A stretch of 63,547 nt of DNA, filler included, from Aduncisulcus paluster (Eukaryota), in assembly GCA_024181965.1 (NCBI GenBank). It is 16 parts of 16 records of this genome, joined end to end, with 100 filler letters (N's around TTAATTAATTAA, not from the genome) between each part and the next. Parts side by side here need not be neighbours in the genome. Positions count along the whole stretch, not along the records: positions 8,787 to 11,647 come from BQXS01000279.1; positions 11,748 to 13,088 come from BQXS01000280.1; positions 13,189 to 14,384 come from BQXS01000285.1; positions 14,485 to 18,488 come from BQXS01000286.1; positions 18,589 to 19,859 come from BQXS01000287.1; positions 19,960 to 21,539 come from BQXS01000288.1; positions 21,640 to 23,205 come from BQXS01000289.1; positions 23,306 to 29,259 come from BQXS01000291.1; 8 more parts are not named here. One strand, given 5' to 3'. Below are positions 10,872 to 23,307 of this stretch, one piece after another (position 1 is the first letter of the stretch; the number at the start of each line of letters is the position of its first letter). Below the pieces are notes generated by a model. It had not been told where the DNA came from and made no database searches. It saw nothing but the letters and a program-made list of their open reading frames with translations. Both the position numbers and the translations under genes were made by a program.

Positions 10872-11647
10872 CTAAAAATCTTCTCCAAGCTCATGGCTAG
10901 TTATCTGGAGCTTCTCTGTTGCATCACGGAGCTCTTTCTTTGCCGTTTGAAGCTGTTCTTCGTGTGTATGGAAAAGCTCTTGAAGAATTGCAAATTCTTT
11001 CTCCTTTTGGGCGAGTTCAGCATGTAATTCCTCGATTTGACGTGCTTGTTCGGCATGTTCTTCACCTTTCAGTTGCATGCTATCATACATCTCCTGAGTG
11101 AGGTAGATTCCATACTTGTCTTGTGCGGCTTTGACTTGCAGTTTTAAAGCTTCAATTTCCGGACATAATTCTTAATCACTAATTTTTTGGTCATCCTCTC
11201 ATTCTGCTCGGGCGTATTTTTGATAGTTTTGGCCATTTGTGCATATTGAAGGGTGCTTTTCGTTGCCTCTTTCGAACCTGCATCGAGGGATACAGTGGCA
11301 ATGAGACATGTGAATGTACGGCCTCCAAGAGATTCGCTAAGGAGTTTGGTGAGGTTTGAATCAAGGTAAGGAACGTGTGGATTTCCTTCAGCAATATTAC
11401 GGATAACACTGCCAAGGGTAAGCAAGGACAAATTAATCTTGGTGGATTCGGCCTTTCGTTGATAATTAACCTTTCCATCTTTGCCAATGCAAGCATCAGC
11501 ACCCTCAGAACCAGCCAGATCAACAAGGTGAAGCTTAGCAGTCTTCAGAAGTTCTTGCCCATCCCTAGTGGTCTCTTTGATAAGCGTAGTGATAGTAAAT
11601 ATACAATGGGAACGTGAGGAAGCACGATTAGAAAAGGTTTCTGCAAC
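10872..11647 (-). pseudogene. Kinesin-5 (BimC/Eg5)-like motor, neck and short coil; 5'-partial, one frameshift near 11161
   Basis: NRASSRSH, KLHLVDLAGSE, INLSLLTLG, HVPY, SLGGRT, KNTPEQNERMTKKLVIKNY; the neck continues in a shifted frame as EIEALKLQVKAAQDKYGIYLTQE. Confidence 0.8.
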
Positions 11648-11747
11648 NNNNNNNNNNNNNNNNNNNNNNNNNNNNNNNNNNNNNNNNNNNNTTAATTAAT
11701 TAANNNNNNNNNNNNNNNNNNNNNNNNNNNNNNNNNNNNNNNNNNNN

Positions 11748-13087
11748 TTCATGGACAAATCAATGCGTTGTGAAGGAGACATTACATCCATGTCTGAGTT
11801 CGGTGCACCAGCACGTGTCCCTGCCATCGAATCCATCCCAGTCGTGTTGTGGGCATTCGATGCAGATGTGGTCGATGTCGATGTGAATGTTGATGTTGTC
11901 GTCGATGTTGTTGTGTTTGAAATGGATGAAGAGTGAAGCACGGATGAACTCGTGGATCCAGAGATTGAAGAGGAGTTATTAACGACAGATGGCATCTGCA
12001 TTGGAGGTGAGATGAACTCTGTACCTTGCCCCAGCATATCAATTGTCCCATCACTCGAGGATGTTCCATTGGTCCCATTAGTTCCATTGGTCCCATTGAT
12101 CCCAGTGGTCCCAGTGGTCTCACTTGGGGTTCGAATACCATGAGGTTGCACACTGCTTGGGAGAGGAGGTGGAGTGAGTGAGAGTGGCAAAGGCAAGGGT
12201 AAGAGAGAATAATATGCGTTGGCATACCGAGACTGATCCTCACTGCTCATTCGCAACAGGAGAAGCAACTCTCGTGCATATACTCGAACATATCTCCCTT
12301 TGCACTCAAGAATGTAGGAGAGATTGAGCGAGGAATGTGGGAGGAGACATGAATGGGAATGGGAATCGCTGCTCACAGACACTTCCTGACGAAGATCAAG
12401 AGGTATTATTCCAGCAGATGATGGAGACATTCCTGGATGAATACCCACCATCTGTTGCTCTCCTTTCACGGCTTCCTGGACAGTACCATCCCGTTTGACG
12501 ATTCCAATGGTAGTCCACCTCACACTTCCACCACGCTTGGCATTATCGTCTGCACTGAGGGATCCATGCTTGCGTTTCACAGTCAATTCACCATGGCTGA
12601 GAAGCTTTGGCTTGGGCATGTGAGACGTCTGAGACGTCTGAGGTATAATTTGGATTGAAGAAGAAGAAGGATCTTGGGATAATGGACGGGGTATTGCAGG
12701 AGAAAACGATGGAATTTTGGTACCACCACCTCGAACAACACGAGACATGTGTGCAAGTGTTGCAAGATGTACGATTGACCGAGTCGATATCACCACTCCA
12801 GGACTCTCATCGCACATGATGGCCGTGAATAGCTGCCACCCGAGCAATACACGAAGATGTGATTGCAGAGATTTCATGAAGGATCCATGCGTATTCTGGA
12901 CATAAAGCTTGACACTCTCAATGTCAGTCTCTGGGGAACGAAGCAGAGGTTGTGTCACATGCTGGGCCGAATGGAATGTCTTGTCCTCGATCTTTCGGAT
13001 CATGCGCTTTGTGATGTATAAATGGGAGTTTGTCATGAGAAGACTGTTTGGAATAGAGATCGGGGTATGCTCATCGTCATTGTGGAG
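11748..13087 (-). CDS. Hypothetical Ser/Thr-rich protein, partial at both ends
   Basis: Frame open across the whole contig; GTN tripeptide repeats and Ser/Thr tracts. Confidence 0.6.
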
Positions 13088-13188
13088 TNNNNNNNNNNNN
13101 NNNNNNNNNNNNNNNNNNNNNNNNNNNNNNNNTTAATTAATTAANNNNNNNNNNNNNNNNNNNNNNNNNNNNNNNNNNNNNNNNNNNN

Positions 13189-14384
13189 TGTTTGAGAAAG
13201 AGTCATGCGGTTTTGATAAGATATTTGCAATCTGAGTTTTTCACTGGTATGATGAAGCTGAGACACGCCCAATATCTCGAAACTCATGCTTCCCAACAAC
13301 TCACTGAGGAAATGCCACAAGGATCTTTGGAACTCCCGTTTAAAAGAAGGGTATACACACCTCTTCGCTCCCTTCCTCTCTCCCCCGCTCTATCTCTCTC
13401 CGCGTCTCCCTCTCTATCTCTTTTGTCCCCTCTTTTCACTCCAATTATTGATTTTGAAGAGCGTGAACATACTTCTGAAGGTTGGAATGGTTCAATTGAT
13501 AATAAGCTCCCAGATCATTCTGATCCCTTTGCTCTCCAACTCAACGCTCTCTTCCCGCACTCTTTCCTCTCTGAAGAAGAGGCTGAAGATAGTATTCTTA
13601 TTCCGACTAATATGTATCAATTCTCACAATTCAAGGATCCCTCAGCTCTCATCCATTTCTCTCGTTTCTTCCTTGCTCAATACTATGTTCTAAACCATGC
13701 TTTCCATACGTTATCAGCTCAAAATCTCTCTTCATTCTTCTCTCACCTCTTTCTCACTTCCCCTTCCCTTGCTATTGGTGTGTTCCCACTGTGTTTGGCA
13801 GCTCTGACAAACGACGACGTGAGTTGCTGTGTTTCTATGGGAAGTATCCTTTCATGGGCAGTGAATGAAGGAAGGCGGCAAGATCTAAGCAGGGCAAAGC
13901 TATTAGTTGGCAAAGATTCGAGAAAGGAAGATAATAATATACTATATCAAGAACAGAACATTGTGATGAAGCCAGAAGAAGAAAAACAAGACACTGATCC
14001 TGTGGCTGAATCTCTTCCAAAAATAGATTCTGTGTCACAAAGTCTAGGGACCAAGAATTCTATTTCTAGTGTTGACATTGTCAAACCAGATTCAAATGCT
14101 TATACCATCTTTGATACCTCTCTTGTTCAATTACTTGTCTCTCTCCTCCTCTCCCCTTCTCTCTCCCTTCCCTCCACTCTGAAAGTTATTCGTTGTGTCA
14201 ATGCAAGTATGGTTGGGTTTGGTGAGAGATATCGTGAAGAAGAGGAGGAAGATACTCCCGACGAGGAAGAGGACAAGAAGAAGAAGAAAATATCGAAAAC
14301 AGAAGAAGATAAGTTGTTGAGCCTTCCAAGTGATTCTCTTGTTGTTCCTAAGGATATGAATATCTTCAAATCAATCGTCGAAGG
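13189..14384 (+). CDS. Hypothetical protein, partial at both ends
   Basis: About 400 open codons spanning the contig; helical segments with acidic and basic tracts. Confidence 0.6.
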
Positions 14385-14484
14385 NNNNNNNNNNNNNNNN
14401 NNNNNNNNNNNNNNNNNNNNNNNNNNNNTTAATTAATTAANNNNNNNNNNNNNNNNNNNNNNNNNNNNNNNNNNNNNNNNNNNN

Positions 14485-17400
14485 AATCAATATTTCTGCT
14501 TCTTCCTCTTCTTTCTTTCTCTGCCAATCAATCTCTTTTTTTTTCTGTTTTTCTTCTTGACGATGGACATTATTCATGAAAAGCTCATACAAATCACAAA
14601 TCACAATTCTCTGAGTAATTTCTCCTTCTTCTTTCTTCTCTTCTTCTTCTTCTTTTTCTCCTTGCACCAACCTTCTTATGCCATGAGATATTATTGTATT
14701 AGAAATATCCTTAATCACACACAAAGGAGGAACTCTTATCCTATCTTTCTCAAAACTAAAAATAGAACTTGTATTTGGAGAATAATTATATTTTAACCTC
14801 ATACAAATATTTTCCCCCCCCTTTTCTCCCTCTTCTTCCATTTCTCTCTTTGATTTGCCCCATTCCAGGTCAATTGGACAGATTCCACAAGATAAACACA
14901 ATCCAGCAGAAGAAAGCACCTTTAACTTCCTAATAAACTTGCAATGCACATGTTCTGAATGTTCTGACTGTACTGATAGGTCACAATCAGTCGAATTTAA
15001 ACATAGTTCGTGAGATTTGTTATAAATTATCCCCCTGATTGGCATTTTAGGAGAGTTACGTGGAGAATGAGTGTTTCTGAGCTGATATCTAAGAAAAGGT
15101 TGGAGGGAAGGAGGAATATCACAACCATTGAATGTGAAAGAAGAAGCAGAAGAAGAAGAAGAAGAAGCAGAAGAGAGAGGAACGATGGAAGAGAAATAGA
15201 AAACCATAAAACCAATCATTGATATTGCAGAAATTGGAGTACTAGAAAAAGCAGAGTAAGAGAATACTGACAATCTTGGAGATCTCATTTTCCTTTCATC
15301 TTGAGTCACCTTCTCCATTTCTTTTCTCACAATGGACACTTCTTGGGAATTTGTACACAAAAACACACAGTCGGCCTTGAAACATTCACAAAATCTCGAC
15401 CATACTTTTCTTGCGTTATCTTTTGTATTCACACAAACAATTATATCATAATTATTCATTGGATATAACATTCCCACGTCTCCTATATCTCTGCTCTTCT
15501 TCTTTTCTTCTCTTAATCTCTCAGATATTTCATTCATAAATTCTTTTACAATGAACTCTAAAGCACTATCCTCGATGCATCTGCATTGTCCTTCAATACA
15601 AGCACAATCACATATTCGATTACACGAAGAAGAAGAAGAAGAGCTTTTGGCTGTCTTGACGGCATACTTTAATTGAACTAACATTTCATGGAGCCCTGAT
15701 AAGTCTTTGTATGAGTTATTTAACAAACTCGCGATATCTTCTCCCTTCTCTTCGTCTCCTTTTCTCTTTCTNNNNNNNNNNNNNNNNNNNNTCTTAATCT
15801 CTCAGATATTTCATTCATAAATTCTTTTACAATGAACTCTAAAGCACTATCCTCGATGCATCTGCATTGTCCTTCAATACAAGCACAATCACATATTCGA
15901 TTACACGAAGAAGAAGAAGAAGAGCTTTTGGCTGTCTTGACGGCATACTTTAATTGAACTAACATTTCATGGAGCCCTGATAAGTCTTTGTATGAGTTAT
16001 TTAACAAACTCGCGATATCTTCTCCCTTCTCTTCGTCTCCTTTTCTCTTTCTTTTCTTTGAAGATATTTTATGGTTTAACTCAAGCACAAAAGTCTCATC
16101 CCGAAGAGTAACTCTAAATATCCTTTCTGCCTCTCTCCAACCTGCTGAATGGATGGAATAGACAATAGACAGAAGCAAATGAAGACAAATTAATAACGAT
16201 CGAGGAATATAATTACTCAAACAGCAAGAGGAAGAAGAGGAAGAAGAGGAAGAAGAAGCGGGAAGAAGAAGAGGAAGAAGAGGAAGGAGGAGAGAGGAGA
16301 GAGAAGAGAGCGGTGACTGAAGATTGAGTCAGAATAACTTCAGAGATATCACTATTGAAAGAAGGTAGAAAAGGGGATATTTGGGACCTAATTGACTTAA
16401 TAAATCGCTCAGAATCCTTTATATTTCCACTCTTAGAGTCTAATATACACTTATATAAACTTTTACGAATAACATAAGAGTATTTTTCGATCATCAGATG
16501 CGTATGCTTTAGGAATGAGGTTAACAATGGATGTGGATTGAAAAGAACTTGGGAATATGAGAAAGAGAGAATAGAGTGAGAGAACATGTATGGAGAAGGC
16601 TTTGAAATTGAAGGTAAAGGATTTGGGAGGAAATTATAGTGCAATTTAACAACAGAAGAATCTTCCAATGTTGGTTTCATCTTGTTTTTTGTTTCTGATT
16701 CCAATGTCTTTGAAGAAGGAGAAGAAGAAGAAGAAGAAAAATCAGAGTAAACACAAATTGATCGATTTCCAAGACTACTAGCAATAGAAGACATTGAAAC
16801 AGCTTGTTCTTTTGAAGAAGCCAAGTAAAACACGGTTGTATTCTTGTATCTAATATTATCTGAAGGATTAACAGAAGGATTAGATCGCTGTCCCTGTTGA
16901 GTCTGACTCAACAAAGAGTCACAATGGACACAATGTACAAATATATTTCCAAACTTACTATTCTTACCTTTATCCTTGCTCTTCTTCTTTCCATCTTTCT
17001 CCCGTACAGTATCGTACAGTGACTCTGTATGATATTTGGACTCACAAATATACTGTGTGACTCCATACTTCTCTTTAGATACATGAATATATGGAAAAGA
17101 AGAAGAAGAAGAAGAGGAAGAAGAAGAGGAAGAAGAAGAGGAAGAAGAAGAGGAAGAAGAGGAGGAGGAGGAAGAATGAGCTGATGTAAATAAAGACATT
17201 TGGCTCTCGACGAATGAAGGAGAGAAAGAGAGAGAAGGAGGAGTCAATAGAATAAGACTATGAGAGTGAATGTCTTCTTTCTCTTCTCTCTCTTCTCTCT
17301 CCTTTTTCTCTTGACAGATCCGTCTACGAAATGAATTATTATCTTGAGATATTAAGGAATTATCTTGAGATAGTAAGGAAGAGCGTATGGCCAGAATAAT

Positions 17401-18487
17401 CAATAAAATGATACATGAAGAAGTTGCTGAAGGAATAAGACAAGACAATGGTGAACATTTTGATCCGAATCGTTGGACTCTGTGTTGATATTCACTTGGT
17501 ATTTCACAGCACAAGGATGCACCCATCACACCAAAGAGTTCAATAGGAAGGAAATGAGTGTCCGAATAAACAAACATTTGATATAATTTAGAATAAACAT
17601 TGGAAATAAGATCAATTGGAAAAGAGGAAGAAAGAAAGGAAGGAATATCGGGTGGACCAGTGATATGTTTGTGGTGCGGAAAGGTACCACGAAAAGAAGA
17701 GGAAGAAGAAGAGGAAGAAGAAGAGGAAGAAGAAGAGGAGGAAGAGGAATAACTGATATGGGGATTTCTTGGGTTATGGCTTGAAGACACATGATCCAAA
17801 GTATTAACACTTTGGATTTGTCTTTGAAGTTTAGAACTCTCGTTTCCTTTTCCTTTTCCTTTCTTTCCTTTTCCTTCTTTTCCTTTTCCTTCCTTTCCAA
17901 CTGTTTCTTTTCTTTTTGAGAAATAATTATCCGAACTCTTTTTCAATGAATTCTCTTCGTATCTTCGAAGTTCTTCATGAATTCCCAACGAAGGAGACAG
18001 AAAAAGAGAAGGAGAACAAGGCAAAGAAGAAGAAGAAGAGGAAGAAGAAGAGAGAGGTTGAGGACATTTAAGAGTTGCTTGGTCTGTGGGTTGAACAATG
18101 GATGGATCGACAATGGGATTATGATGCAAGGCTGAATGGCTTGAACTTGAACTTGATGTTGAACAAGAAGAAGATAATGAAACTTTCGCTTTTGTACACG
18201 TTTCAAATGGATTATTCCCTTTAGAATTATGAGGACACAGCTCAGCATTTTGATCCATTGGGTTAGTTAAACTATCTTGACAGATAAAAGTTTCTTCAAA
18301 TTTGGAATTATTATTGTTTCCAGACAATTCATCTGCAAAGATACGAAGAGTTTTGTCGATTTCAGCACAAAATGTCTTCTTTTTACATAGAAATTCAGAC
18401 AAGAAATCAGAATTAATTTGATCAAATACTATATGTTCACATAATTCTGGACTATACTGTACTGGACTCTGATCTTTCAAAACTATA
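14485..18487 (-). CDS. Large poly-Ser hypothetical protein, partial, broken by a frameshift and an assembly duplication
   Basis: ORFs 16213-18480, 15720-16220 and 14437-15726 join if one extra base in the Ser microsatellite near 16260 and the duplicate (15511-15771 = 15792-16052) are removed. Confidence 0.6.
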
Positions 18488-18588
18488 ANNNNNNNNNNNN
18501 NNNNNNNNNNNNNNNNNNNNNNNNNNNNNNNNTTAATTAATTAANNNNNNNNNNNNNNNNNNNNNNNNNNNNNNNNNNNNNNNNNNNN

Positions 18589-19859
18589 TGTCCATCTCCA
18601 TCTCCACGTCCTTGTCTATGTCCAGGTCCATCTCCTTGTTGGGAAAATCTGAATGGATTGTTTGAAGATAGGAATTTGTTTGAGGTGCTTCCTGATATGT
18701 CCACACTTCCATGGCGTCTCCGTCCTATTTTTGGGAATACTTTCTCATCTTCACTTGTTGAAGAAGAAGAAGAGAAGTCTACATCATCCTCAAGATGTTC
18801 AAGATGTTCAAGATGCTCAATATCCTCATCTTCGACATTTTCATTAGTATAGTCAAGGAGTTGATTCCTTCCATCAAATGGCTTTTTTCTTCCTTGTTCT
18901 TGCATTCCTTGTTCTTGTAATCCATGTTTCTCATACTTCAACAATTGTTGACAATGTTTTGGATCTTTGGGATTGTTGGTGTTAACGTTTGAATGTGCAT
19001 GAGAAGAAGAAGAGGAAGAAGAGGAAGAAGAGGAAGTAGATGATCGTTTGTCTTTCAGCCAACCAAACCCTTCAATTTCTTCCATTCTGACTATTCTTTT
19101 TAGCTCTATCTTCTTTCCTCCTTGAAGTATGGGTGTTTTCACTCCAATCATCAAAGGACTCATTCCATCCCTATTCCATACAGCACTCCCATCCAAAAGA
19201 GGAGGGAGATTCGGTGAAGAAGGGGAAGAAGGAGAAGAAGGAGAAGAAGGTGAAGAAGGAGAAGAAGGAGAGATGGGTGATTGTGGTGAGCCTGAGAAAG
19301 GAGGTGATGGTGAATGATGTCCAAAGGCTGCTGATCCATTCGGATGGAATGTTGACAGTTGAGAAGGATCTCCATGCCCATTTGCTGATGTTACTGCTGT
19401 TGTTGCTGCTGTTGTTGCTGCTGTTGCTGGTGTTACTGGTATGGTTATACCTGTTTGTGGTATTCCAAATCCAGTATAGCCAGAAGAAGTGTTACTACTA
19501 CCACCAATGACTCCACGATGACCTTGGCTGGAGTATTGACCACTTGGATGAGTACCACCACCACCAGAGTGTCTACCGTGAGCATTTGGACGTGAGATTA
19601 TAGGTCGAGATATTGGTCTGGTATGGCGTGGTCTTTGTCTTCTTCTCCTTGGTCTTTGTGCTCTAAGTGGAGCAATACTTCCACCACCACTCAGAGTATC
19701 ATCAGTGGGAGTGAAAGAGAGAGGAAGAGCGGCACGGATAGATGGAAGAGCTTCTACATGACCAGAAGACGGTGAAGAGGGTGAAGAGGGTGAAGAAGGT
19801 GAAGAAGGTGAAGACGGTGAAGAAGGTGAAGAAGGTGAAGAAGGAGAATGGAAAGAAGG
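18589..19859 (-). CDS. Low-complexity (Pro-Ser-Ser)n protein, partial at both ends
   Basis: Frame open from 19859 to the contig end when read by hand; two PSS repeat blocks (about 19210-19275 and 19765-19845). Confidence 0.6.
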
Positions 19860-20689
19860 NNNNNNNNNNNNNNNNNNNNNNNNNNNNNNNNNNNNNNNNN
19901 NNNTTAATTAATTAANNNNNNNNNNNNNNNNNNNNNNNNNNNNNNNNNNNNNNNNNNNNATGCGAATTTCAAGGAGAACAGTCCGAGAAACAAAGACAAA
20001 ACTAACAAAACGAATAAGAAACGACCACACAGCGCAATATAGTGAGTATAATTGAATGAATCCGGTTAAAATATTTCTTAATATACATTTAATAAAAGAT
20101 GCAACATATAGTAAACATACAATTTGCTTGTTTGCCAAGAAATCGAAAAAATGGAGGACTGAACAAGCAACCCTTCAATAGATAAGATTGGAAATTTAAA
20201 AAAACACATATAAACGAGTTAAATGCTGGTAAATGATAAAAACATGTTTTATTTTCATTTCCATGCCATGGTGTTTATTCTCGATATCTCAGGCTTTTGG
20301 AGAACCCTCAGGACTGGATATAGTTCCATTTCATGTGTTAAGAACATTTATGGACGATTTCAATGCTATTCAATAACATGGATATATTTCCATTTCATTT
20401 CTATCCTTATCCTTGCCTTTCTGTTCATTTTCACTTGCTTTTGCTTACAATCAAAAATATCAAGAACTCGGAATATGATGGTATCCATGTGTCTGTAACG
20501 AATCTAATCCCCTGATGCTTCATGGGACACGATTTGTGCTCTGCATTCCTTGTCTTTGGATTCCAAAGTTTGGAATGGAGCATGATCCAAAGATGAACTG
20601 TCAGCACACCCTCTCACATCACCCAGCACCAACCTTTCGTATCCAATACGAATATGAGTCATATGGATTGAATCGTAACACTTGCAAAT

Positions 20690-21112
20690 CTGATGTCTAT
20701 TGTAAGGAATCTAAGTATTATGATCAGAGTTCAAAAGCACAAAGAATGTTAAAAGGGGACGTTTTTGTCGCTTTATCCCATCTTTCCATCCCTTTCCCAT
20801 TACCTAGTCCTATGAAAGGGGCTTATATCTGTTGTGGATGCGTATAATAGTTCCCCGTTTCTTCTCTTCACTTTCACTGATTGTGATGATAAGAAGACAT
20901 GCAAGAAGTATGAATTTACAAGACCTAAACATGGAATTGAATGGCATTTCCTTCCTATTAATTTGGATAACGTCCTTTTGTGTGAGATTGAAGGGAAAGG
21001 AACGTGGCCTGAGAAGAATAGTCGAGCTTTCCACATCTCTTCCCTTGTATTTATTGCCATTCCAGAGGAATATATTGCACCTGAACGATTATCTCTACTT
21101 CCATGGAAATAA
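20690..21112 (+). pseudogene. Frameshifted member of a lineage-expanded domain family
   Basis: YDQSSKAQRMLKG..LSHLSIPFPLPSPMKGAYIC continues after one extra T (about 20832) as VDAYNSSPFLLFTFTD..KKYEF..WHFLPINLDNVLLCEIEGKG..ISSLVF; recalled as a multi-copy Aduncisulcus domain. Confidence 0.55.
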
Positions 21113-21639
21113 TCCAAGGATAATGATATTGCCTGCAAAATGACATGGTGCTTTTATTCCTTGCGTGTCAGTCTTCTCAATGAGAAGTTCTCCAAGTTTT
21201 GTGACCAGGACAGGTTTATTTTCATGGTATTGAGTGTTAATTATCAACTTGATAGTATCATATGTAATCCCATTCCAATATCACATTCATGAATCATGAA
21301 TATGATTTTCGTCAGACTCGTTATCGAGATATGACCCTTATAGATAGTTATCGGATAAAATGCAACATGGTGGTACGAATAGAACATGGGAACTGATTAG
21401 CATGCTTCATTTGAATCTAGACACTGAGAGTACCCCGATATCATGTTCCAAAAGATGATCAGTCTCTTTCTGATTGATATCGTAACAATATCGACATTCT
21501 TATACAACAACACACCAATAAAAATGCATATAATGAATGNNNNNNNNNNNNNNNNNNNNNNNNNNNNNNNNNNNNNNNNNNNNTTAATTAATTAANNNNN
21601 NNNNNNNNNNNNNNNNNNNNNNNNNNNNNNNNNNNNNNN

Positions 21640-22557
21640 CCTTCCTTGAATCCTAGAAGCAAACAAATTGTCAAAAGACAGCGCCAGCTGGCAGGAACTC
21701 ACTCGTATTTATCCCCCGTTGGGCACACATCTCCTCATATTCCATCTGGATACATGCATACTCCTATGAGCGAACGTCAGACTGTCGAGAAAGATGGGAT
21801 TAAGTTTGTCGTGCCCATGTCAAGTCCTCCCCCAGCTCTGCACACTCCTACGATCTATCAGGAGATCATTGGACACGCCCAGCCCATTTACAGTACGGAT
21901 GGCACCCTTTACTCTGACCATAAGGCCTCATCGGGAAGTGCTACAGGATCTCCTTACCCTCTTCAATCGGTCGCTCGTAATTCTTCCTCATATGCTGCTA
22001 TTCATCTCTCCAAGGGACGGAAAGTGGACATTGCTGATCGCTCGTTTGTGTACAACGGGAAGGATCCTCAGAAATCTGATGTTCTTGGGTTTGGTCAAGA
22101 AGATAAGTACGGGATCATGGGTTCCGAAGCCCACATCAGCCTGGGTATCAGTGACACTCCTCATTCTGGCTCATTAAGGTCGACAATGTCACAACCAGTG
22201 CTCTCTCAGCCTGCTCATAAGTCGATGTCATTCTCCTCTTCAGCACATACTCTATCTCCTGCTCATCTGAAGATCCACGACTCTGGACACGGTGATAGCC
22301 AATTTGAGTCGAGGATTGTTGGCGACAGAAGCTTAAATATAACTGGTATGCAGCCAAGTCCCATTGTTACCTCGTCCCAACAAGCTGTCGAAGTGGATAC
22401 CGATAATTCCTTCTTCGTGAAGGGTGATGATCATGAAGAGGAAGAGGAAGAGGAAGAAAGGGAGAAGAAAAATGCTAAAACAAACGAGAAAAATGATTTT
22501 TACACAGCTGATATTGATGAGGATGATTTTCAAAGTATGGATCACAGCATGGAGTAA
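21640..22557 (+). CDS. Hypothetical disordered protein, 5'-partial
   Basis: 303-aa ORF ending in TAA followed by AT-rich flank; acidic C-terminus. Confidence 0.6.
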   Translation, partial: PSLNPRSKQIVKRQRQLAGTHSYLSPVGHTSPHIPSGYMHTPMSERQTVEKDGIKFVVPMSSPPPALHTPTIYQEIIGHAQPIYSTDGTLYSDHKASSGSATGSPYPLQSVARNSSSYAAIHLSKGRKVDIADRSFVYNGKDPQKSDVLGFGQEDKYGIMGSEAHISLGISDTPHSGSLRSTMSQPVLSQPAHKSMSFSSSAHTLSPAHLKIHDSGHGDSQFESRIVGDRSLNITGMQPSPIVTSSQQAVEVDTDNSFFVKGDDHEEEEEEEEREKKNAKTNEKNDFYTADIDEDDFQSMDHSME

Positions 22558-22884
22558 TTGTAGACTAACTCGTATTATTTTTATTATTTGTAATGCTTTA
22601 ATTTTAAATACCCGATACTAAAAATATTTTTTGTTTGTTTTTTTGGAAGTGCATTTTTAGGATAGTCGATCACTCGGAAGTTCCAATCAGAGCTTGATGA
22701 GTCATAAGTTCCGAGGCAGATGTAGTAAATTTTTTCATTTGAATTTCTTTAAAACATCTAAATTTTTGTCAATATATCCTCCCTATTAAATTTTACATTC
22801 TTCTTGTTCATTCAGGACTCCTGAAAATGATCGGATGCTGTTCTGACAACATCTACAACAATTAAAGAATTCTTTAGTTATTTT

Positions 22885-23205
22885 ATGATCCCTAATTCAG
22901 TTCAAGAAAAAGTTTCCTTCTTTGTATCCCCTTCAAAACTCGAAAATCCTGATGCACAAGAATATTTCTCTGCCCACCGATGTAAACTATGTTTTTCAGT
23001 TCCATATTATAAACCAGTCGCTTGTTCAAATTGTAGTTCCATTTTCTGTTCATTTTGCCTCAAATATATTCAAATTAGATCAGAAAATATTTGTCCCGTT
23101 TGTAAGGCTTCTCAATGTCTTTCAACGGATCCTTGTCCTGCTCATGGTAAAGAATTTACTGATAAGACTGATTCTAGTGAGTCTATTCCTCTTAAAAAAA
23201 CGTGT
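22885..23205 (+). CDS. RING-finger protein, 3'-partial
   Basis: CKLC-x-CSNCSSIFCSFC-x-CPVC Cys spacing of a TRAF-like RING. Confidence 0.75.
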
Positions 23206-23307
23206 NNNNNNNNNNNNNNNNNNNNNNNNNNNNNNNNNNNNNNNNNNNNTTAATTAATTAANNNNNNNNNNNNNNNNNNNNNNNNNNNNNNNNNNNNNNN
23301 NNNNNTA

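Noticed and set aside
16213-16290. Programmed frameshift or hydrophobic C-terminus (FFFLFFLFFLLLFE)
   Set aside because: It is the shifted reading of a Ser microsatellite; one extra base explains it, probably an error or slippage.
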